Positions 12,401 to 26,700 of a DNA stretch of 64,000 bases are shown piece after piece (the stretch's first letter is position 1; each line of letters opens with the position of its first letter). The DNA comes from the human T2T-CHM13v2.0 reference genome, Homo sapiens. Under the pieces are notes generated by a model. It was given only the letters and a program-made list of their open reading frames with translations, made no database searches and was not told where the DNA came from. The stretch lies in the NCBI RefSeq assembly GCF_009914755.1, contig NC_060930.1; one strand, 5' to 3'. The position numbers and the translations under genes are program-made.

Positions 12401-15400
12401 ACACCCTTCTTGTAGTAGCTGCAAGTGGATATTTGGACCTATTGGAGGCCTTCTTTGGAAATGGGATTTCTTCATGTAACTCTAGATTGAAGAGTTCTCA
12501 GAAACTCCTTTGTGATGTGTGCATTCAATTCAAAGAGTGAAACCTCCCTTTTCACAGAGCAGTTTTGAAACACTGTTTTTGTAGGATTTCCAAGGGGATA
12601 TTTATAGCGCATTGAGCCTACGGCGGAAAAAGAAATATCTTCCTATAAAAACTAGACAGAATACTTCTCAGAATCTGCTTTGCGATGTGTGCGTTCAACT
12701 CACAGAGTAAAACCTTTCTTTTGATAGAGCAGTTTTGAAACACTCTTTTTGTAGTATTTGCATGTGTATATTTAGAGCGCATTGAAGCCCACAGTAGAAA
12801 AGGAAATAACTTCACCTAAAACCTAGACAGAAGCAATCTCAGAAACTACTTTGTGATGTGTACATTCAACTCACAGAGTGGAACTTTCCTCTTTATAGAG
12901 CAGTGTTGAAACACTCTTTTTGTAGAAACTGCAAGTGGATATTTGGACCTCTTTGAGGCCTTCGTTGGAAACGGGATTTCTTCCTATAACCCTAGACAGA
13001 AGAATTTTCAGAAACCTCATTGTGATGTGTGCGTTCATCTCACAGAGTGGAGTCTTCCGTTTGATAGAGAAGTTTTGAAACCCTGTTCTTGTAGGATTTC
13101 CAAGTGGATATTTAGACCACTTTGAAGCCTATGATAGAAAAGGAAACATCTTCATGGAAAACATAGATAGAATCATTCTCAGAAACAACTTTGTGATGTG
13201 TGCGTTGAACTCACCGTCTTTAACCTTTCTTTTGGTAGAGAAGTTTTGAAACACTCTCTTTGTAAAGTCTACAAGTGGATATTTTGAGCCCTTGGAGGCA
13301 TTCTTTGGAAAAGGGAATGTCTTCACATAAAAGGCAGACAGAAGTGTTCTCAGAAACTGCTTTGTGATGTCTGTGTTCAACTCACATTTAACATTTCCTT
13401 TGATAGAGCGGTTTAGTAACCCTCTCTTTGTAGAATTTGGAAGTGTATACTAAGAGCGCTTTGAGGCCTATGGTAGAAAAGGAAATATCTTTCCATAAAA
13501 GCTAGACAGAAGCAATCTCAGAAACTCCTCTGTGATGTCTGCATTCAACTCACCGAGTGGAACATTCCTCTTGAGAGAGCAGTTTGGAAACACTCTTTCT
13601 GTAGAATCAGCTTGTTTGTATTTGGACCTCCTTGAGGCCTTCGTTGGAAACGGGTTTTCATCTTATAAACCCAGACAGAAGAATTCTCAGAGTCTTCTTT
13701 GTGATGTGTGCTTTCAACTCACCGAGATAAAGATTTCTCTTGATAGAGCAATTTGGAAACACTCTTTTTGTAGAATTTGCAAGGGTACATTGAGAGCGCT
13801 TTCAGGCCTATGGTAGAAAAGGGAATATCTTTCCATAAAAGGTAGACAGAAGCAATCTCAGAAACTACTTTGTGATGTGTGCATTCAACTCACCGAGTGC
13901 AACGTTCCTCTTGACCGAGCAGTTTGGAAACATTGTTTCTGTAGAATCTGCAAGTGGATATTTGGACCTCTTTGAGGCCTTCGTTGGAAACGGGATTTCT
14001 TCCTATAAACCCAGACAGAAGAATTCTCAGAGACTTCTTTGTGATGTGTGAATTCAACTCACAGTGTGGATCCTTCCTTTTGATAGAGCAGTTTTGAAAC
14101 CCTGTTTTTGTAGTATTTCCAAGCGGATATTTGGAACGCCTTGAAGCGTATGGTAGAAAAGGAAATATCTTCCCATAAAACCTAGACAGAACCAATCTCA
14201 GAAACGACTTTGTGATGTCTGCATTCAAGTCACAGAGTTGAACATTTCTCTTGATAGAGCAGTTTTGAAACCCTCTTTCTGAAGGATCTGCAAGTGGATA
14301 TTTGGAACTCCTTTGGGTCTTCGTTGGAAACGGGATTTCTTCGTATAAATCTAGACAGAAGAATTCTCCGAAACTTCTTTGGTTGTGTGCATTCAAGTCA
14401 CAGAGTGGAACCTTCCTTTGGATAGAGCAGTTTGAAACGCCGTGGTTGTAGTATTTCCAAGCGGATATTAGAGCGCCTTGAGGCCTATGGTAGAAAAGGA
14501 AATATCTTCCCATAAAACCTAGACGGAAGCAATCTCAGAAACTACTGTGTGATGGCTGCATTCCACACACACGGTGGAACATTTCTCTTGATAGAGCAGT
14601 TTTGAAACACTCTTTCTGTAGAATCTGCAAGTGGATAATTGGACCGCCTTGAGGCCTTCGTTGGAAACGGGATTTCTTCATGTTACTCTAGATAGAAGAA
14701 TTCTCAAACACTGCTATGTGATGTTTGCATTCAAGTCACAGAGTGCAACATTCCTCTTGGTAGAGCAGTTGGGAAACACTCCTTTTGTAGAATCTGCAAT
14801 GGGATATTTGGACTTCTTTGAGGCCTTCGTTGGAAACGGGATTTCTTCGTATGAATCTAGACAGAAGAATTCTCAGAAACTTCCTTGTGATGTGTGCATT
14901 CAACTCAGCGAGTGGCACCTTCCTTTGGATACAGCAGTTTTGAAACACTGTTTTTGTAGTATTTCCAAGCGGATATTTAGAGCGCCTTGAAGCCTATGCT
15001 AGAAATGGAAATATCTCCCCATAAAACCAAGACAGAAGCAATCTCAGAAACTAATGTGTGATGGCTGCATTCCACACACACGGTGGACCATTTCTCTTGA
15101 TAGAGCAGTTTTGAAACACTCTTTCTGTAGAATCTGCAAGTGGATAATTGGACCTCCTAGAGGCCTTCGTTGGAAACGGGATTTCTTCATCTAAACCTAC
15201 AGAGAAGAATTCTCAGTAACTTCTTCGGATGTGTGCATTCGACGCACAGAATGGAACATTCCCTTTGATAGAGCAGTTTTGAGACACCGTTTTTGTAGAA
15301 TTCCCAAGTGGATATTTAGAGCACTTTGAAGTCTCTGCTAGAAAAGGAAACATCTTCATGTAAAAAGTAGATAGAATCGTTCTCAGAAAGTGCTTAGTGA

Positions 15401-15671
15401 CGTGTGCGTTCAACTCACAGAGTTTAACGTTTCTTTTGATAGAGCGTTTCTGAAACACCCTTCTTGTAGTAGCTGCAAGTGGATATTTGGACCTATTGGA
15501 GGCCTTCTTTGGAAATGGGATTTCTTCATGTAACTCTAGATTGAAGAGTTCTCAGAAACTCCTTTGTGATGTGTGCATTCAATTCAAAGAGTGAAACCTC
15601 CCTTTTCACAGAGCAGTTTTGAAACACTGTTTTTGTAGGATTTCCAAGGGGATATTTATAGCGCATTGAGC
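3456..15671 (+). repeat. Four tandem 18-mer HORs with a 3-bp deletion (U2-U5, 3054 bp each)
   Basis: Period 3054. CAACTCACAGAGTTTAAC becomes CAACTCACATTTAAC after positions 4224, 7278, 10332 and 13386. Confidence 0.95.
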
Positions 15672-18600
15672 CTACGGCGGAAAAAGAAACATCTTCCTAT
15701 AAAAACTAGACAGAATACTTCTCAGAATCTGCTTTGCGATGTGTGCGTTCAACTCACAGAGTAAAACTTTTCTTTTGATAGAGCAGTTTTGAAACACTCT
15801 TTTTGTAGTATTTGCATGTGTATATTTAGAGCGCATTGAAGCCCACAGTAGAAAAGGAAGTAACTTCACCTAAAACCTAGACAGAAGCAATCTCAGAAAC
15901 TACTTTGTGATGTGTACATTCAACTCACAGAGTGGAACTTTCCTCTTTATAGAGCAGTGTTGAAACACTCTTTTTGTAGAAACTGCAAGTGGATATTTGG
16001 ACCTCTTTGAGGCCTTCGTTGGAAACGGGATTTCTTCCTATAACCCTAGACAGAAGAATTTTCAGAAACCTCATTGTGATGTGTGCGTTCATCTCACAGA
16101 GTGGAGTCTTCCGTTTGATAGAGAAGTTTTGAAACCCTGTTCTTGTAGGATTTCCAAGTGGATATTTAGACCACTTTGAAGCCTATGATAGAAAAGGAAA
16201 CATCTTCATGGAAAACATAGATAGAATCATTCTCAGAAACAACTTTGTGATGTGTGCGTTGAACTCACCGTCTTTAACCTTTCTTTTGGTAGAGAAGTTT
16301 TGAAACACTCTCTTTGTAAAGTCTACAAGTGGATATTTTGAGCCCTTGGAGGCATTCTTTGGAAAAGGGAATGTCTTCACATAAAAGGCAGACGGAAGTG
16401 TTCTCAGAAACTGCTTTGTGATGTCTGTGTTCAACTCACAGAGTTTAACATTTCCTTTGATAGAGCGGTTTAGTAACCCTCTCTTTGTAGAATTTGGAAG
16501 TGTATACTAAGAGCGCTTTGAGGCCTATGGTAGAAAAGGAAATATCTTTCCATAAAAGCTAGACAGAAGCAATCTCAGAAACTCCTTTGTGATGTCTGCA
16601 TTCAACTCACCGAGTGGAACATTCCTCTTGATAGAGCAGTTTGGAAACACTCTTTCTGTAGAATCAGCTTGTTTGTATTTGGACCTCCTTGAGGCCTTCG
16701 TTGGAAACGGGTTTTCATCTTATAAACCCAGACAGAAGAATTCTCAGAGTCTTCTTTGTGATGTGTGCTTTCAACTCACCGAGATAAAGATTTCTCTTGA
16801 TAGAGCAATTTGGAAACACTCTTTTTGTAGAATTTGCAAGGGTACATTGAGAGCGCTTTCAGGCCTATGGTAGAAAAGGGAATATCTTTCCATAAAAGGT
16901 AGACAGAAGCAATCTCAGAAACTACTTTGTGATGTGTGCATTCAACTCACCGAGTGCAACGTTCCTCTTGACCGAGCAGTTTGGAAACATTGTTTCTGTA
17001 GAATCTGCAAGTGGATATTTGGACCTCTTTGAGGCCTTCGTTGGAAACGGGATTTCTTCCTATAAACCCAGACAGAAGAATTCTCAGAGACTTCTTTGTG
17101 ATGTGTGAATTCAACTCACAGTGTGGATCCTTCCTTTTGATAGAGCAGTTTTGAAACCCTGTTTTTGTAGTATTTCCAAGCGGATATTTGGAACGCCTTG
17201 AAGCGTATGGTAGAAAAGGAAATATCTTCCCATAAAACCTAGACAGAACCAATCTCAGAAACGACTTTGTGATGTCTGCATTCAAGTCACAGAGTTGAAC
17301 ATTTCTCTTGATAGAGCAGTTTTGAAACCCTCTTTCTGAAGGATCTGCAAGTGGATATTTGGAACTCCTTTGGGTCTTCGTTGGAAACGGGATTTCTTCG
17401 TATAAATCTAGACAGAAGAATTCTCAGAAACTTCCTTGTGATGTGTGCATTCAACTCAGCGAGTGGCACCTTCCTTTGGATACAGCAGTTTTGAAACACT
17501 GTTTTTGTAGTATTTCCAAGCGGATATTTAGAGCGCCTTGAAGCCTATGCTAGAAATGGAAATATCTCCCCATAAAACCAAGACGGAAGCAATCTCAGAA
17601 ACTAATGTGTGATGGCTGCATTCCACACACACGGTGGACCATTTCTCTTGATAGAGCAGTTTTGAAACACTCTTTCTGTAGAATCTGCAAGTGGATAATT
17701 GGACCTCCTAGAGGCCTTCGTTGGAAACGGGATTTCTTCATCTAAACCTACAGAGAAGTATTCTCAGTAACTTCTTCGGATGTGTGCATTCGACGCACAG
17801 AATGGAACATTCCCTTTGATAGAGCAGTTTTGAGACACCGTTTTTGTAGAATTCCCAAGTGGATATTTAGAGCACTTTGAAGTCTCTGCTAGAAAAGGAA
17901 ACATCTTCATGTAAAAAGTAGATAGAATCGTTCTCAGAAAGTGCTTAGTGTCGTGTGCGTTCAACTCACAGAGTTTAACGTTTCTTTTGATAGAGCGTTT
18001 CTGAAACACCCTTCTTGTAGTAGCTGCAAGTGGATATTTGGACCTATTGGAGGCCTTCTTTGGAAATGGGATTTCTTCATGTAACTCTAGAGTGAAGAAT
18101 TCTCAGAAACTCCTTTGTGATGTGTGCATTCAATTCAAAGAGTGAAACCTCTCTTTTCACAGAGCAGTTTTGAAACACTGTTTTTGTAGGATTTCCAAGG
18201 GGATATTTATAGCGCATTGAGCCTACGGCGGAAAAAGAAACATCTTCCTATAAAAACTAGACAGAATACTTCTCAGAATCTGCTTTGCAATGTGTGCGTT
18301 CAACTCACAGAGTAAAACTTTTCTTTTGATAGAGCAGTTTTGAAACACTCTTTTTGTAGTATTTGCATGTGTATATTTAGAGCGCATTGAAGCCCACAGT
18401 AGAAAAGGAAATAACTTCACCTAAAACCTAGACAGAAGAAATCACAGAAACTACTTTGTGATGTGTACATTCAACTCACAGAGTGGAACTTTCCTCTTTA
18501 TAGAGCAGTGTTGAAACACTCTTTTTGTAGAAACTGCAAGTGGATATTTGGACCTCTTTGAGGCCTTCGTTGGAAACGGGATTTCTTCCTATAACCCTAG

Positions 18601-20773
18601 ACAGAAGAATTTTCAGAAACCTCATTGTGATGTGTGCGTTCATCTCACAGAGTGGAGTCTTCCGTTTGATAGAGAAGTTTTGAAACCCTGTTCTTGTAGG
18701 ATTTCCAAGTGGATATTTAGACCACTTTGAAGCCTATGATAGAAAAGGAAACATCTTCATGGAAAACATAGATAGAATCATCCTCAGAAACAACTTTGTG
18801 AGGTGTGCGTTGAACTCAACGTCTTTAACCTTTCTTTTGGTAGAGAAGTTTTGAAACACTCTCTTTGTAAAGTCTACAAGTGGATATTTTGAGCCCTTGG
18901 AGGCATTCTTTGGAAAAGGGAATGTCTTCACATAAAAGGCAGACGGAAGTGTTCTCAGAAACTGCTTTGTGATGTCTCTGTTCAACTCACAGAGTTTAAC
19001 ATTTCCTTTGATAGAGCGGTTTAGTAACCATCTCTTTGTAGAATTTGGAAGTGTATACTAAGAGCGCTTTGAGGCCTATGGTAGAAAAGGAAATATCTTT
19101 CCATAAAAGCTAGACAGAAGCAATCTCAGAAACTCCTCTGTGATGTCTGCATTCAACTCACCGAGTGGAACATTCCTCTTGAGAGAGCAGTTTGGAAACA
19201 CTCTTTCTGTAGAATCAGCTTGTTTGTATTTGGACCTCCTTGAGGCCTTCGTTGGAAACGGGTTTTCATCTTATAAACCCAGACAGAAGAATTCTCAGAG
19301 TCTTCTTTGTGATGTGTGCTTTCAACTCACCGAGATAAAGATTTCTCTTGATAGAGCAATTTGGAAACACTCTTTTTGTAGAATTTGCAAGGGTACATTG
19401 AGAGCGCTTTCAGGCCTATGGTAGAAAAGGGAATATCTTTCCATAAAAGGTAGACAGAAGCAATCTCAGAAACTACTTTGTGATGTGTGCATTCAACTCA
19501 CCGAGTGCAACGTTCCTCTTGACCGAGCAGTTTGGAAACATTGTTTCTGTAGAATCTGCAAGTGGATATTTGGACCTCTTTGAGGCCTTCGTTGGAAACG
19601 GGATTTCTTCCTATAAACCCAGACAGAAGAATTCTCAGAGACTTCTTTGTGATGTGTGAATTCAACTCACAGTGTGGATCCTTCCTTTTGATAGAGCAGT
19701 TTTGAAACCCTGTTTTTGTAGTATTTCCAAGCGGATATTTGGAACGCCTTGAAGCGTATGGTAGAAAAGGAAATATCTTCCCATAAAACCTAGACAGAAC
19801 CAATCTCAGAAACGACTTTGTGATGTCTGCATTCAAGTCACAGAGTTGAACATTTCTCTTGATAGAGCAGTTTTGAAACCCTCTTTCTGAAGGATCTGCA
19901 AGTGGATATTTGGAACTCCTTTGGGTCTTCGTTGGAAACGGGATTTCTTCGTATAAATCTAGACAGAAGAATTCTCAGAAACTTCCTTGTGATGTGTGCA
20001 TTCAACTCAGCGAGTGGCACCTTCCTTTGGATACAGCAGTTTTGAAACACTGTTTTTGTAGTATTTCCAAGCGGATATTTAGAGCGCCTTGAAGCCTATG
20101 CTAGAAATGGAAATATCTCCCCATAAAACCAAGACGGAAGCAATCTCAGAAACTAATGTGTGATGGCTGCATTCCACACACACGGTGGACCATTTCTCTT
20201 GATAGAGCAGTTTTGAAACACTCTTTCTGTAGAATCTGCAAGTGGATAATTGGACCTCCTAGAGGCCTTCGTTGGAAACGGGATTTCTTCATCTAAACCT
20301 ACAGAGAAGAATTCTCAGTAACTTCTTCGGATGTGTGCATTCGACGCACAGAATGGAACATTCCCTTTGATAGAGCAGTTTTGAGACACCGTTTTTGTAG
20401 AATTCCCAAGTGGATATTTAGAGCACTTTGAAGTCTCTGCTAGAAAAGGAAACATCTTCATGTAAAAAGTAGATAGAATCGTTCTCAGAAAGTGCTTAGT
20501 GACGTGTGCGTTCAACTCACAGAGTTTAACGTTTCTTTTGATAGAGCGTTTCTGAAACACCCTTCTTGTAGTAGCTGCAAGTGGATATTTGGACCTATTG
20601 GAGGCCTTCTTTGGAAACGGGATTTCTTCATGTAACTCTAGATTGAAGAATTCTCAGAAACTCCTTTGTGATGTGTGCATTCAATTCAAAGAGTGAAACC
20701 TCCCTTTTCACAGAGCAGTTTTGAAACACTGTTTTTGTAGGATTTCCAAGGGGATATTTATAGCGCATTGAGC
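15672..20773 (+). repeat. Two 15-mer HOR variants (U6, U7; 2551 bp each)
   Basis: Period 2551, 506 bp missing. Hybrid junction ..TCGTATAAATCTAGACAGAAGAATTCTCAGAAACTTCCTTG at ~17405-17425 and ~19956-19976. Confidence 0.95.
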
Positions 20774-23700
20774 CTACGGCGGAAAAAGAAACATCTTCCT
20801 ATAAAAACTAGACAGAATACTTCTCAGAATCTGCTTTGCGATGTGTGCGTTCAACTCACAGAGTAAAACTTTTCTTTTGATAGAGCAGTTTTGAAACACT
20901 CTTTTTGTAGTATTTGCATGTGTATATTTAGAGCGCATTGAAGCCCACAGTAGAAAAGGAAATAACTTCACCTAAAACCTAGACAGAAGCAATCTCAGAA
21001 ACTACTTTGTGATGTGTACATTCAACTCACAGAGTGGAACTTTCCTCTTTATAGAGCAGTGTTGAAACACTCTTTTTGTAGAAACTGCAAGTGGATATTT
21101 GGACCTCTTTGAGGCCTTCGTTGGAAACGGGATTTCTTCCTATAACCCTAGACAGAAGAATTTTCAGAAACCTCATTGTGATGTGTGCGTTCATCTCACA
21201 GAGTGGAGTCTTCCGTTTGATAGAGAAGTTTTGAAACCCTGTTCTTGTAGGATTTCCAAGTGGATATTTAGACCACTTTGAAGCCTATGATAGAAAAGGA
21301 AACATCTTCATGGAAAACATAGATAGAATCATCCTCAGAAACAACTTTGTGATGTGTGCGTTGAACTCACCGTCTTTAACCTTTCTTTTGGTAGAGAAGT
21401 TTTGAAACACTCTCTTTGTAAAGTCTACAAGTGGATATTTTGAGCCCTTGGAGGCATTCTTTGGAAAAGGGAATGTCTTCACATAAAAGGCAGACGGAAG
21501 TGTTCTCAGAAACTGCTTTGTGATGTCTCTGTTCAACTCACAGAGTTTAACATTTCCTTTGATAGAGCGGTTTAGTAACCCTCTCTTTGTAGAATTTGGA
21601 AGTGTATACTAAGAGCGCTTTGAGGCCTATGGTAGAAAAGGAAATATCTTTCCATAAAAGCTAGACAGAAGCAATCTCAGAAACTCCTCTGTGATGTCTG
21701 CATTCAACTCACCGAGTGGAACATTCCTCTTGAGAGAGCAGTTTGGAAACACTCTTTCTGTAGAATCAGCTTGTTTGTATTTGGACCTCCTTGAGGCCTT
21801 CGTTGGAAACGGGTTTTCATCTTATAAACCCAGACAGAAGAATTCTCAGAGTCTTCTTTGTGATGTGTGCTTTCAACTCACCGAGATAAAGATTTCTCTT
21901 GATAGAGCAATTTGGAAACACTCTTTTTGTAGAATTTGCAAGGGTACATTGAGAGCGCTTTCAGGCCTATGGTAGAAAAGGGAATATCTTTCCATAAAAG
22001 GTAGACAGAAGCAATCTCAGAAACTACTTTGTGATGTGTGCATTCAACTCACCGAGTGCAACGTTCCTCTTGACCGAGCAGTTTGGAAACATTGTTTCTG
22101 TAGAATCTGCAAGTGGATATTTGGACCTCTTTGAGGCCTTCGTTGGAAACGGGATTTCTTCCTATAAACCCAGACAGAAGAATTCTCAGAGACTTCTTTG
22201 TGATGTGTGAATTCAACTCACAGTGTGGATCCTTCCTTTTGATAGAGCAGTTTTGAAACCCTGTTTTTGTAGTATTTCCAAGCGGATATTTGGAACGCCT
22301 TGAAGCGTATGGTAGAAAAGGAAATATCTTCCCATAAAACCTAGACAGAACCAATCTCAGAAACGACTTTGTGATGTCTGCATTCAAGTCACAGAGTTGA
22401 ACATTTCTCTTGATAGAGCAGTTTTGAAACCCTCTTTCTGAAGGATCTGCAAGTGGATATTTGGAACTCCTTTGGGTCTTCGTTGGAAACGGGATTTCTT
22501 CGTATAAATCTAGACAGAAGAATTCTCCGAAACTTCTTTGGTTGTGTGCATTCAAGTCACAGAGTGGAACCTTCCTTTGGATAGAGCAGTTTGAAACGCC
22601 GTGGTTGTAGTATTTCCAAGCGGATATTAGAGCGCCTTGAGGCCTATGGTAGAAAAGGAAATATCTTCCCATAAAACCTAGACGGAAGCAATCTCAGAAA
22701 CTACTGTGTGATGGCTGCATTCCACACACACGGTGGAACATTTCTCTTGATAGAGCAGTTTTGAAACACTCTTTCTGTAGAATCTGCAAGTGGATAATTG
22801 GACCGCCTTGAGGCCTTCGTTGGAAACGGGATTTCTTCATGTTACTCTAGATAGAAGAATTCTCAAACACTGCTATGTGATGTTTGCATTCAAGTCACAG
22901 AGTGCAACATTCCTCTTGGTAGAGCAGTTGGGAAACACTCCTTTTGTAGAATCTGCAATGGGATATTTGGACTTCTTTGAGGCCTTCGTTGGAAACGGGA
23001 TTTCTTCGTATGAATCTAGACAGAAGAATTCTCAGAAACTTCCTTGTGATGTGTGCATTCAACTCAGCGAGTGGCACCTTCCTTTGGATACAGCAGTTTT
23101 GAAACACTGTTTTTGTAGTATTTCCAAGCGGATATTTAGAGCGCCTTGAAGCCTATGCTAGAAATGGAAATATCTCCCCATAAAACCAAGACAGAAGCAA
23201 TCTCAGAAACTAATGTGTGATGGCTGCATTCCACACACACGGTGGACCATTTCTCTTGATAGAGCAGTTTTGAAACACTCTTTCTGTAGAATCTGCAAGT
23301 GGATAATTGGACCTCCTAGAGGCCTTCGTTGGAAACGGGATTTCTTCATCTAAACCTACAGAGAAGAATTCTCAGTAACTTCTTCGGATGTGTGCATTCG
23401 ACGCACAGAATGGAACATTCCCTTTGATAGAGCAGTTTTGAGACACCGTTTTTGTAGAATTCCCAAGTGGATATTTAGAGCACTTTGAAGTCTCTGCTAG
23501 AAAAGGAAACATCTTCATGTAAAAAGTAGATAGAATCGTTCTCAGAAAGTGCTTAGTGACGTGTGCGTTCAACTCACAGAGTTTAACGTTTCTTTTGATA
23601 GAGCGTTTCTGAAACACCCTTCTTGTAGTAGCTGCAAGTGGATATTTGGACCTATTGGAGGCCTTCTTTGGAAATGGGATTTCTTCATGTAACTCTAGAT

Positions 23701-26700
23701 TGAAGAGTTCTCAGAAACTCCTTTGTGATGTGTGCATTCAATTCAAAGAGTGAAACCTCCCTTTTCACAGAGCAGTTTTGAAACACTGTTTTTGTAGGAT
23801 TTCCAAGGGGATATTTATAGCGCATTGAGCCTACGGCGGAAAAAGAAATATCTTCCTATAAAAACTAGACAGAATACTTCTCAGAATCTGCTTTGCGATG
23901 TGTGCGTTCAACTCACAGAGTAAAACATTTCTTTTGATAGAGCAGTTTTGAAACACTCTTTTTGTAGTATTTGCATGTGTATATTTAGAGCGCATTGAAG
24001 CCCACAGTAGAAAAGGAAATAACTTCACCTAAAACCTAGACAGAAGCAATCTCAGAAACTACTTTGTGATGTGTACATTCAACTCACAGAGTGGAACTTT
24101 CCTCTTTATAGAGCAGTGTTGAAACACTCTTTTTGTAGAAACTGCAAGTGGATATTTGGACCTCTTTGAGGCCTTCGTTGGAAACGGGATTTCTTCCTAT
24201 AACCCTAGACAGAAGAATTTTCAGAAACCTCATTGTGATGTGTGCGTTCATCTCACAGAGTGGAGTCTTCCGTTTGATAGAGAAGTTTTGAAACCCTGTT
24301 CTTGTAGGATTTCCAAGTGGATATTTAGACCACTTTGAAGCCTATGATAGAAAAGGAAACATCTTCATGGAAAACATAGATAGAATCATTCTCAGAAACA
24401 ACTTTGTGATGTGTGCGTTGAACTCACCGTCTTTAACCTTTCTTTTGGTAGAGAAGTTTTGAAACACTCTCTTTGTAAAGTCTACAAGTGGATATTTTGA
24501 GCCCTTGGAGGCATTCTTTGGAAAAGGGAATGTCTTCACATAAAAGGCAGACAGAAGTGTTCTCAGAAACTGCTTTGTGATGTCTGTGTTCAACTCACAT
24601 TTAACATTTCCTTTGATAGAGCGGTTTAGTAACCCTCTCTTTGTAGAATTTGGAAGTGTATACTAAGAGCGCTTTGAGGCCTATGGTAGAAAAGGAAATA
24701 TCTTTCCATAAAAGCTAGACAGAAGCAATCTCAGAAACTCCTCTGTGATGTCTGCATTCAACTCACCGAGTGGAACATTCCTCTTGAGAGAGCAGTTTGG
24801 AAACACTCTTTCTGTAGAATCAGCTTGTTTGTATTTGGACCTCCTTGAGGCCTTCGTTGGAAACGGGTTTTCATCTTATAAACCCAGACAGAAGAATTCT
24901 CAGAGTCTTCTTTGTGATGTGTGCTTTCAACTCACCGAGATAAAGATTTCTCTTGATAGAGCAATTTGGAAACACTCTTTTTGTAGAATTTGCAAGGGTA
25001 CATTGAGAGCGCTTTCAGGCCTATGGTAGAAAAGGGAATATCTTTCCATAAAAGGTAGACAGAAGCAATCTCAGAAACTACTTTGTGATGTGTGCATTCA
25101 ACTCACCGAGTGCAACGTTCCTCTTGACCGAGCAGTTTGGAAACATTGTTTCTGTAGAATCTGCAAGTGGATATTTGGACCTCTTTGAGGCCTTCGTTGG
25201 AAACGGGATTTCTTCCTATAAACCCAGACAGAAGAATTCTCAGAGACTTCTTTGTGATGTGTGAATTCAACTCACAGTGTGGATCCTTCCTTTTGATAGA
25301 GCAGTTTTGAAACCCTGTTTTTGTAGTATTTCCAAGCGGATATTTGGAACGCCTTGAAGCGTATGGTAGAAAAGGAAATATCTTCCCATAAAACCTAGAC
25401 AGAACCAATCTCAGAAACGACTTTGTGATGTCTGCATTCAAGTCACAGAGTTGAACATTTCTCTTGATAGAGCAGTTTTGAAACCCTCTTTCTGAAGGAT
25501 CTGCAAGTGGATATTTGGAACTCCTTTGGGTCTTCGTTGGAAACGGGATTTCTTCGTATAAATCTAGACAGAAGAATTCTCCGAAACTTCTTTGGTTGTG
25601 TGCATTCAAGTCACAGAGTGGAACCTTCCTTTGGATAGAGCAGTTTGAAACGCCGTGGTTGTAGTATTTCCAAGCGGATATTAGAGCGCCTTGAGGCCTA
25701 TGGTAGAAAAGGAAATATCTTCCCATAAAACCTAGACGGAAGCAATCTCAGAAACTACTGTGTGATGGCTGCATTCCACACACACGGTGGAACATTTCTC
25801 TTGATAGAGCAGTTTTGAAACACTCTTTCTGTAGAATCTGCAAGTGGATAATTGGACCGCCTTGAGGCCTTCGTTGGAAACGGGATTTCTTCATGTTACT
25901 CTAGATAGAAGAATTCTCAAACACTGCTATGTGATGTTTGCATTCAAGTCACAGAGTGCAACATTCCTCTTGGTAGAGCAGTTGGGAAACACTCCTTTTG
26001 TAGAATCTGCAATGGGATATTTGGACTTCTTTGAGGCCTTCGTTGGAAACGGGATTTCTTCGTATGAATCTAGACAGAAGAATTCTCAGAAACTTCCTTG
26101 TGATGTGTGCATTCAACTCAGCGAGTGGCACCTTCCTTTGGATACAGCAGTTTTGAAACACTGTTTTTGTAGTATTTCCAAGCGGATATTTAGAGCGCCT
26201 TGAAGCCTATGCTAGAAATGGAAATATCTCCCCATAAAACCAAGACAGAAGCAATCTCAGAAACTAATGTGTGATGGCTGCATTCCACACACACGGTGGA
26301 CCATTTCTCTTGATAGAGCAGTTTTGAAACACTCTTTCTGTAGAATCTGCAAGTGGATAATTGGACCTCCTAGAGGCCTTCGTTGGAAACGGGATTTCTT
26401 CATCTAAACCTACAGAGAAGAATTCTCAGTAACTTCTTCGGATGTGTGCATTCGACGCACAGAATGGAACATTCCCTTTGATAGAGCAGTTTTGAGACAC
26501 CGTTTTTGTAGAATTCCCAAGTGGATATTTAGAGCACTTTGAAGTCTCTGCTAGAAAAGGAAACATCTTCATGTAAAAAGTAGATAGAATCGTTCTCAGA
26601 AAGTGCTTAGTGACGTGTGCATTCAACTCACAGAGTTTAACGTTTCTTTTGATAGAGCGTTTCTGAAACACCCTTCTTGTAGTAGCTGCAAGTGGATATT

